Positions 16,536 to 23,439 of a stretch of DNA of 43,681 bases are shown in pieces. The notes under the pieces are model-generated. The model saw only the letters and a list, made by a program, of their open reading frames with translations, was not told the DNA's origin and did not search any database. A program made the position numbers and the translations under genes. Source of the stretch: an uncultured Eubacteriales bacterium (lineage in GTDB: Bacteria; Bacillota_I; Bacilli_A; RF39; UBA660); the NCBI GenBank assembly GCA_905372515.1, contig CAJPPJ010000001.1:1-43681 (forward strand), read 5' to 3'. Position 1 is the first letter of the stretch. Each line of letters opens with the position of its first letter.

Positions 16536-17765
16536 ATGAATGAAAGATTAATGAATCTTGATGATTTAGATAAGTATGGTCAAAATCTTATAACTTATTC
16601 TGATTATGTAAATGATTCTATGAATAAAATAGCAGCAGGGTTTAATAATTTATATGCTGCAAAAATAATCCAAGGAAGAAGATCTAAAGTATTTATAGAT
16701 GTATATAATGAAATGGATGAGTCTAGAAAGAATGTTGTAGATAAACTATATGAAGTAAAAGAGTTTGTTGATACTGTAAGAACAGCTATGCAAAATCTTG
16801 ATGCAGATCAAGCCAAGAAACTTCAAACATCACTAGATGAAATGGGTATAAAAAAGGGACAAAATGGAAATAGTGGTGGTTCTTCCTCTGAAGGAAATAG
16901 TTCAGGACAAGGAGGAAGTGCTCCTTCAAGAACAACTTCAGAAGCAGATGAGCAAAGAATAAGAGAAGAATTAAGTAAAACATCAAGTGAAAATAATACA
17001 GGTCAAGGAACTGATGAAACTCAGTCTTCAGATCAAGATGATAATAAAACAACTACATTAGAAGAAACAGAAACATCAACTACAAAAAAATATAGTACTA
17101 GAGATAATATAAGTCCTTATGATAACCTTAATGAAGATTATATTCCACCAGAAAAGATGGATGCGGAATATGAAAAATATGCTAATACACGTTATACAGG
17201 TTCAAGAACTATGAGTAAAGAAGAATTTGAGATTAAACATTCTAATCTATCTCCAGAAGAAAAGAATTATCGAATGCAAAATCTAATAGATAAAGATATG
17301 CGTAATAGGGGTACAGCTAATGTTTCATATAACACTTCTTACGGACAATCATCAAATTATCATATGGAACAAACAGCAGAAAATTATATAAACAATATGT
17401 ATAAAGATAGAAATTATGATCCAGATGGACCACTATTTGGTAGGCAATTTTCTAAAGGTTATGACATACATTCTATAAAAGATCTTTATAAAAATTCAGA
17501 TGGACATGGTGGTATGTATACTCCATGGACTGAAAATAACGTCGGTTTGACAGTAAAAGAAACATTAAAAGTAGATGGAAAAGAATATACTTTAACAGTT
17601 GATACAGATAAGCTTCCAACAAATAGAGAATGGAATCAAGCTAAAGAAGATTTTATTAGACAAGTAGCGAAACCAGATTCAATTATTGAATCATCTAAAA
17701 CAACTTATAGTTTCTTTAATTTAGATTTAGAAAAAGCTAAACAAGCATATGAAAAAACTTTATAG
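16536..17765 (+). CDS. LXG-like (I-x-G) N-domain protein with a Gly/Ser/Thr linker and an unknown C-terminal cargo domain. Putative type VII secretion-type substrate.
   Basis: N-terminal 105 aa are paralogous to 18126 and 18806 (NKI..GF.NL...KIIQG at residues 45-47). ATG 16536 follows AGGAGG, so the TTG 16503 extension is rejected. Low-complexity stretch GNSGGSSSEGNSSGQGGS. Confidence 0.6.
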   Translation: MNERLMNLDDLDKYGQNLITYSDYVNDSMNKIAAGFNNLYAAKIIQGRRSKVFIDVYNEMDESRKNVVDKLYEVKEFVDTVRTAMQNLDADQAKKLQTSLDEMGIKKGQNGNSGGSSSEGNSSGQGGSAPSRTTSEADEQRIREELSKTSSENNTGQGTDETQSSDQDDNKTTTLEETETSTTKKYSTRDNISPYDNLNEDYIPPEKMDAEYEKYANTRYTGSRTMSKEEFEIKHSNLSPEEKNYRMQNLIDKDMRNRGTANVSYNTSYGQSSNYHMEQTAENYINNMYKDRNYDPDGPLFGRQFSKGYDIHSIKDLYKNSDGHGGMYTPWTENNVGLTVKETLKVDGKEYTLTVDTDKLPTNREWNQAKEDFIRQVAKPDSIIESSKTTYSFFNLDLEKAKQAYEKTL

Positions 17766-17789
17766 AAATACTAAAGGAGGTAAATAATT

Positions 17790-18116
17790 ATGGGTAATAC
17801 TGTTGGAATAAAATATCAAGAAGCAGAAGTAGAAATTGAAAAATTAGAAAAAGCTATTGAAGATTTATATACAAATGTTGAATTAATTGATAAAAATACA
17901 AATGAAATATCAAAAGATACATGGGTAGGAAAAGATGCTGATGCATATCAAGAAAAAATTCTTGGTTATTCAGATAAATTAAAAAAACAAACAGACTCTT
18001 TTAAAGAATTAGTAGAAAAATTAAAAGATGTAGTAGCAGAGTTTAAAGCTGAAGAAGAAAAAAGTGCTACTAAGATGTCTGGTGAATTTTCATATGGTAA
18101 TGAATATTATGTTTAG
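17790..18116 (+). CDS. WXG100 (ESAT-6-like) family protein.
   Basis: 108 aa predicted helical hairpin with central TW45VG47KDADAYQ. SD AAGGAGG. Confidence 0.7.
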   Translation: MGNTVGIKYQEAEVEIEKLEKAIEDLYTNVELIDKNTNEISKDTWVGKDADAYQEKILGYSDKLKKQTDSFKELVEKLKDVVAEFKAEEEKSATKMSGEFSYGNEYYV

Positions 18117-18125
18117 GAGAATACT

Positions 18126-18467
18126 ATGGATAAAAGAGAGATAAATGTTACTGAGTTAGGTAGTTTTGCTACACATTTAGATACTATTTCAAGTTATTTT
18201 GATGATTCTTTAAATAAAATAGGATCAGGTTTTAGAAATTTAAATGATGAAAAAATCATTGAAGGTAGAAGAACTAGAGTTTTTGAAATAGTTTACGGTT
18301 GTATGCAAAAGAAAAAATTAGAAATGAATGAAAAGATAAAAGAATTTGCAGAGTATATTAGACAAAATATTACTACTACTACAGAATTAGATGAAAGACA
18401 TGCTAAAGAATTAGAAGATGCTGTAGCAGCTATGGGTGATGTTTTTAAAAGGATAAATAAAAGATAA
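18126..18467 (+). CDS. Stand-alone LXG-like N-domain protein with no cargo.
   Basis: 113 aa, alignable end to end with the N-domains of 16536 and 18806 (KIIEG at residues 45-47; LDERHAKELED). Confidence 0.6.
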   Translation: MDKREINVTELGSFATHLDTISSYFDDSLNKIGSGFRNLNDEKIIEGRRTRVFEIVYGCMQKKKLEMNEKIKEFAEYIRQNITTTTELDERHAKELEDAVAAMGDVFKRINKR

Positions 18468-18481
18468 GGAGATGAATAATT

Positions 18482-18784
18482 ATGGCAAATGAAGTAATTG
18501 GTATAGATTATAGTCAAGCTGATGCTGAAATTAAAAGAATAGAAGAAGGTATAAGTAATCTACATACAAATTTTGGACTTATTAATAAAGCAACAAATGA
18601 TATTGTTAATAATGCATGGAAAGGTAAAGATGCAGAAGCATATAAAAATAGTATAGATTCATTTACTGAAGTATTAAAGAAACAAACAGAAGGACTTACT
18701 ACATTAGTTAATATACTTAAAAGACAAATAGATGAAGATATAGCTCATGAAGCAGAACAAGCTAAAAATATACAAAATAAATAA
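18482..18784 (+). CDS. WXG100 (ESAT-6-like) family protein.
   Basis: 100 aa with central AW46KG48KDAEAYK. Paralogous to 17790 (..KKQT..L...LK..). Confidence 0.7.
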   Translation: MANEVIGIDYSQADAEIKRIEEGISNLHTNFGLINKATNDIVNNAWKGKDAEAYKNSIDSFTEVLKKQTEGLTTLVNILKRQIDEDIAHEAEQAKNIQNK

Positions 18785-18805
18785 TATTAATATAAGGAGT
18801 TAATT

Positions 18806-19846
18806 ATGAATGAAAGAAAGATAAATGTTCTTGAAGTAGGTGAGTATAAGAAAAATTTAGAAGATGTAACTCATTATATCGATGATTGTATTAATAGAAT
18901 ATATGGTGGTATTAAGGCTTTAACTTCTCAAAATATTATCGAAGGTGAAATATCAAATACTTTAGAAAATGCTTATGAAGAATTAAGTAAAATTAGAACA
19001 GAAGTAAATGAAGAACTTGATTCTTTTACAGGTTGGATAGGAAAAAATATAGAAGATACTACTTTATTAGATGAAAGACATGCTAGAGAACTTGAAAATG
19101 AACTTAATAGTATGGAATTCTTTAAAGATGGTTATACTATATCTGGTGGTAATGCTTTCTTAACTGGTGACAATAATATGAAATTTAATTCACCAAATGG
19201 AACAACAAAAGAAGATACTACTCCTACTCAATCAACAGCTACTAAAGATGCTGCTGTTAAAACTGATAAAAATGAATCTAAAAACTTAGCAAATGATACA
19301 TATGAAACATCAAATGAATCTTCTTCAGCAGATGGAAATAAAAAAGTAAATGATAAAACAAAAGGTACTATAATGGGAACTGGTTTTGAAAGAGGAGCTG
19401 GTGGAGGAGACTATGAACTAGCAAGTAGTTTATCATGGTTAGATAAAACAAAAACATATACTCCATCAGAAGTAGTAGATAAAATTCAAAAAGATAAAGA
19501 ATATCATTCTGATAATAATGTTCCTTTAATGAAAAAATCTGATGGTACAGTAGCAAATAGTATAAAAGAATTTGCAGCAGATCAATATAAAGATCCATAT
19601 TATAAACCAGTATTAGATGCTATTAATAAACATGATGAAAAAAATTTGAGTTATGAATATATTATAAAAATGAATGTTGATGGTCAACAAAAAGATTGGA
19701 GATATAAGACAACTGAAAATTTAACTCCAAATCAAGTATATAGTGAATTTAATAATTATTTAAAAGCCAATACTACTAAAAATAGTAAAGTAGATTTTCC
19801 ATATAGTGGGGAACTTGGTATAAATATAGAAACTAAAGATAACTAA
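18806..19846 (+). CDS. LXG-like (I-x-G) N-domain protein with a Thr/Ser/Asn-rich linker and an unknown C-terminal cargo domain.
   Basis: The N-domain is paralogous to 16536 and 18126 (NIIEG at residues 45-47; LDERHARELEN). The C-terminal roughly 160 aa match no motif I recognise. Confidence 0.6.
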   Translation: MNERKINVLEVGEYKKNLEDVTHYIDDCINRIYGGIKALTSQNIIEGEISNTLENAYEELSKIRTEVNEELDSFTGWIGKNIEDTTLLDERHARELENELNSMEFFKDGYTISGGNAFLTGDNNMKFNSPNGTTKEDTTPTQSTATKDAAVKTDKNESKNLANDTYETSNESSSADGNKKVNDKTKGTIMGTGFERGAGGGDYELASSLSWLDKTKTYTPSEVVDKIQKDKEYHSDNNVPLMKKSDGTVANSIKEFAADQYKDPYYKPVLDAINKHDEKNLSYEYIIKMNVDGQQKDWRYKTTENLTPNQVYSEFNNYLKANTTKNSKVDFPYSGELGINIETKDN

Positions 19847-19848
19847 TT

Positions 19849-19873
19849 AAAAGAAGATTACTTCTTTTTTTTT
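19849..19873 (+). terminator. Rho-independent terminator.
   Basis: Stem aaaagaag / cttctttt with loop atta, then a T run. Confidence 0.6.
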
Positions 19874-19876
19874 ATG

Positions 19877-19886
19877 ACTTAATATA
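19877..19886 (+). repeat. Right copy of the direct repeat ACTTAATATA.
   Basis: See the left copy at 16488-16497. Both copies sit immediately after a terminator T-run. Confidence 0.4.
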
Positions 19887-19899
19887 GTATAATTTAATT

Positions 19900-20406
19900 A
19901 TGAATTATAAAATAATGTCAGATTTTGAATATATTGATATTGTGAGAGATATCATTAACAATGAAGAGTTTTTAAAGTTAAAGTTTTATAGACATCATGA
20001 TAATACTAGATTAGATCACTGTTTAAAAGTATCTTACAATGCATATAAATTAGCTAAAAAATTTAATTTAGATTATAAAGCTGTAGCAAGAGCAGGTCTT
20101 TTGCATGACTTTTTTTATGGAGATTTAAGATATATAAATGTTATTGAAAGAAAATATATGTTAAATGCTCATCCATACTTTGCATATTATAATGCTAGTA
20201 AAATATTTAAATTAAATGAAAAAGAAAAAAATATGATTTTATCCCATATGTTTCCAATATCTTATGAAGTACCTAGATATAAAGAAAGTATTTTACTTGA
20301 TTTAGTTGATGATTTAGAAGCTTTAAAAGAAGTTGGAATTTACATAAAAGATAGACTTAAACATAATATTAATTTAATTTTAATAATGTTAAATGAGGTA
20401 GTATGA
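19900..20406 (+). CDS. HD-domain phosphohydrolase.
   Basis: HHDNTRLDHCLKVS ... GLLHDFF (H..HD pattern). 168 aa. No SD. TATAAT ends 6 nt before the ATG. Confidence 0.75.
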   Translation: MNYKIMSDFEYIDIVRDIINNEEFLKLKFYRHHDNTRLDHCLKVSYNAYKLAKKFNLDYKAVARAGLLHDFFYGDLRYINVIERKYMLNAHPYFAYYNASKIFKLNEKEKNMILSHMFPISYEVPRYKESILLDLVDDLEALKEVGIYIKDRLKHNINLILIMLNEVV

Positions 20407-20927
20407 AAGAAGTAGAAGATAAAGAAGCAATAGAACAATTAGTTAGTGTAGTAGAAGAAAGTTTAAAAAATAAAAAAAAGGAAGAAGAAGTAGATAACTC
20501 TATAAAGAAAATATTTAAAAAGTTATATTTTCAAGATAAATATACTAAGAGTACTACTTTAATGTGGAATGTAGAAAAAGATAATCAATTTTTATATGGA
20601 AACTTTGTAAAACCTATGAAAGTTATATCTCCACTTAAAAATTTTGTTAATCAAGATACGCACTTTTTTATTATTCATTATGTAAACGATAGTTTTAGAT
20701 TTTATTATTTTAAAAATTTGAAACTAGAGAAGAATTTGATGATAGAAAAAGAATATATAGATAAGTTTTTAGAATTAGTACCTGTATATCCTATAGATGA
20801 GTGTTTAAACCCTATGATAATAGATATGACTAAAAATATGTTAAAAGTACTAGAATTATTACCAACAGATGGTAGAATAAAGATAGAAGACGATAATATT
20901 GATTTTATATCATATGTTTATAGCTAG
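20403..20927 (+). CDS. Hypothetical protein.
   Basis: 174-aa ORF with ATGA overlap onto the HD gene and SD GAGG. No recognisable motifs. Confidence 0.6.
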   Translation: MKEVEDKEAIEQLVSVVEESLKNKKKEEEVDNSIKKIFKKLYFQDKYTKSTTLMWNVEKDNQFLYGNFVKPMKVISPLKNFVNQDTHFFIIHYVNDSFRFYYFKNLKLEKNLMIEKEYIDKFLELVPVYPIDECLNPMIIDMTKNMLKVLELLPTDGRIKIEDDNIDFISYVYS

Positions 20928-20936
20928 GAGGTAAAT

Positions 20937-22118
20937 ATGAAAATCTTATCAATTAATGCAGGAAGTAGTTCGTTAAAGTTTACTTTATATAAAATGCCAG
21001 AAGAGGAAAAAATAGTAACTGGTCAATTTGAAAGAATTGGAATAAAAGATGGTAGTTATAAAATTAAAGTAAATGGTGAAAAAATAGAAAAGAAACAGGA
21101 TTTAAAAGATCATAAAGTTGCTATTGATATATTGTTAAAGGAATTGTTGGATTTAAATATTATTAAAGATTTAAATGAAATAAAAGCAGTAGGTCATAGA
21201 GTTGTTCAAGGAGCAGATAAATATGATGATTCAGTTGTAATAACTGATGAAGTAGTAAAAAATATAGAAAAATTTGCATCTCTTGCACCACTTCATAATC
21301 CAGCTAATTTAATTGGATATCAAGCAGTTAAAGAAAAGTTAAAAGATGCTAAACATGTAGCTATTTTTGATACAGCTTTTCATCAATCAATACCAAAAGT
21401 AAAATATACTTATCCATTACCACTTGAATTTTTAGATTTAAAAGTTAGAAAATATGGATTTCATGGAACAAGTCATAAGTATATTACTGAATATATGCAA
21501 AAATATTTAAATAAAGATAAAGTTAATTTAATTATTTGTCATATAGGAAATGGTGCTAGTATTACAGCTGTTAAAGATTCTAAATCTTTTGATACATCTA
21601 TGGGATTTACTCCGGTATCAGGTTTAATGATGGGTACTAGATGTGGAGATATAGATATTTCTATAGCACCATATATAATGGAAGAACTTAATATTTCAAT
21701 AGAAGAATTTATGAATATTTGTAATAAGAAGAGTGGATTACTTGGAATATCAGAATATTCTAGTGATTCTAGAGATATAGAAGCAAAAGTAGAAGAAAAA
21801 GATGAAAAAGCAATACTTGCTACTGATATATATGCTGATAAGGTAGTTAGTTATATTGCTAATTATTATTTTGCACTTGAAGGTAAATTAGATGGAATAG
21901 TATTTACTGCAGGAATTGGAGAAAATTCAAATACCACTAGAAAAAGAATAATTGATAAACTTAAATGTATAGATATTTATTTAGATGAAAAAATAAATGA
22001 TGAAACTAGAGGAAGTTTTGGAATTATATCTAGTACTAAATCAAAATATAAAGTATATGTTGTACCAACAGATGAAGAAGTAGAAATTGCAAGAGATACA
22101 TATAGACTTACAAAATAA
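20937..22118 (+). CDS. ackA: Acetate kinase.
   Basis: MKILSINAGSSSLKF, GHRVVQG, FDTAFHQS, GFHGTSH and EEVEIAR signatures. Confidence 0.95.
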   Translation: MKILSINAGSSSLKFTLYKMPEEEKIVTGQFERIGIKDGSYKIKVNGEKIEKKQDLKDHKVAIDILLKELLDLNIIKDLNEIKAVGHRVVQGADKYDDSVVITDEVVKNIEKFASLAPLHNPANLIGYQAVKEKLKDAKHVAIFDTAFHQSIPKVKYTYPLPLEFLDLKVRKYGFHGTSHKYITEYMQKYLNKDKVNLIICHIGNGASITAVKDSKSFDTSMGFTPVSGLMMGTRCGDIDISIAPYIMEELNISIEEFMNICNKKSGLLGISEYSSDSRDIEAKVEEKDEKAILATDIYADKVVSYIANYYFALEGKLDGIVFTAGIGENSNTTRKRIIDKLKCIDIYLDEKINDETRGSFGIISSTKSKYKVYVVPTDEEVEIARDTYRLTK

Positions 22119-22140
22119 AAAAGAATAAAGGGAGTAGATT

Positions 22141-23385
22141 ATGAATAACAATAATAACATATCAGCAGATTGGAATAATGTTGTAAGTAATAACATACCA
22201 GCAAATAGTATGCCAGTTACAACTCCAAATGTTCCAATAAATAATAACAATCCATATGTTAATAATATGAAAACAAAGAAAAAGTTTAAAGCTGTTAAAA
22301 AAGGTATGGATCCTATGAAAATAGCATTTATAGTAATAGGAGTTCTAATGGCTTTAACATGTGCCTTCTTACTATTATTTCCATTATTTAATAAGAAAAA
22401 AGGATATAAGGAAGGTATTATTCAAGCAAATAATTTTTATTCATTAAAGTATAATGCTAATGAATGGCAAAAGAATAATAATTATTTAGTTAATTCAAAA
22501 AATTCTAAATTTAAAGTAGATAATGTTACTCAAACAAAAGCAATAGAAGCATATAATTTTGCTAAAAAAGATAGTAGAACAGAATTACTTTATAGATTAA
22601 AATCTGAATATAAAAGAACAATTACAAATGTAGTTATGCCAGACTCAGATTTTAAATTATTAAGAAGTGGAGTATATTTAGCAACATTTGAATATTCAAC
22701 ATCTAATGGTTCTAAGACTATTAAAGGTAAAAAATACGTTGTAATAGCACCAGATTATAATTTTATGTTAACATTAACTTCAATAGTAGGTGATAAAGAA
22801 ACATATAAAGAAGTAGATAATGAGATGTTAAAAATATTAAAGACATTAAATATTTTAGTAAAGAGAGTAGAAAAAACTACTAATAAAAATCCTACTGAAA
22901 CAAATACAAATAAACCACAAACAGATAAAGTTGTAGAACAAAAGAATTATCAAATTATTGGAAGTGTTAATTATGGATATATGAAAGTACCTACTAATTG
23001 GAAAAGATTTGTAGATAAAAACAGTACTAATACCAACAATATGCAATATATATCACATGATTTAAGATACGTTGTTACTATGACAGCTCTTAGTAAAAAT
23101 GCTAATATAACACCTTTAGATTATTTAAAAAGTATAGAAGAAAAATATAAGAAATCTAATGTAGTTCAATATGCTAAAATGACTAGAGAAAGAGTGGGAA
23201 TAAAAAAGTATGAAACTTATAGATTAGATATGTATTTAGAAGATGATAAAGTATGGATGTCAGTATGGGTATTTAGAGCAGAAGATGATAGAATACATTT
23301 TGTATCTATAGAAGGAAGCAATAATAATAGTACAGTGTTTAATTATATTAATACTTATGTATTGAATAGAAATGATATTAAATAA
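22141..23385 (+). CDS. Single-pass membrane protein with an Asn-rich N-terminal tail and a large extracytoplasmic domain.
   Basis: N-terminus MNNNNNIS..NNNNPYVNN, TM segment IAFIVIGVLMALTCAFLLLFPLF, then about 330 aa that are probably external. SD GGGAG. Confidence 0.65.
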   Translation: MNNNNNISADWNNVVSNNIPANSMPVTTPNVPINNNNPYVNNMKTKKKFKAVKKGMDPMKIAFIVIGVLMALTCAFLLLFPLFNKKKGYKEGIIQANNFYSLKYNANEWQKNNNYLVNSKNSKFKVDNVTQTKAIEAYNFAKKDSRTELLYRLKSEYKRTITNVVMPDSDFKLLRSGVYLATFEYSTSNGSKTIKGKKYVVIAPDYNFMLTLTSIVGDKETYKEVDNEMLKILKTLNILVKRVEKTTNKNPTETNTNKPQTDKVVEQKNYQIIGSVNYGYMKVPTNWKRFVDKNSTNTNNMQYISHDLRYVVTMTALSKNANITPLDYLKSIEEKYKKSNVVQYAKMTRERVGIKKYETYRLDMYLEDDKVWMSVWVFRAEDDRIHFVSIEGSNNNSTVFNYINTYVLNRNDIK

Positions 23386-23406
23386 GAAGTTTTACTTCTT
23401 TTTTTT
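23384..23406 (+). terminator. Rho-independent terminator.
   Basis: Stem aagaagt / acttctt followed by a T run. It is followed by TGGTATAAT (23408-23416). Confidence 0.55.
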
Positions 23407-23439
23407 ATGGTATAATTTATTTATTATTTGGAGAATTTT

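Noticed and set aside
16861-16930. GC-richer repetitive stretches that might be DNA-level repeats. A second one lies at 41455-41530.
   Set aside because: Both are in-frame Gly/Ser-rich low-complexity coding segments: the LXG-like linker and the DUF2207 C-terminal tail. They are not independent repeat elements.
16536-19846. Calling the array a complete type VII secretion system.
   Set aside because: Only candidate substrates are present. No FtsK/SpoIIIE-type ATPase (EssC), EsaA, EssA, EssB or ubiquitin-like EsaB is encoded in this window, so the export route cannot be asserted from this sequence.
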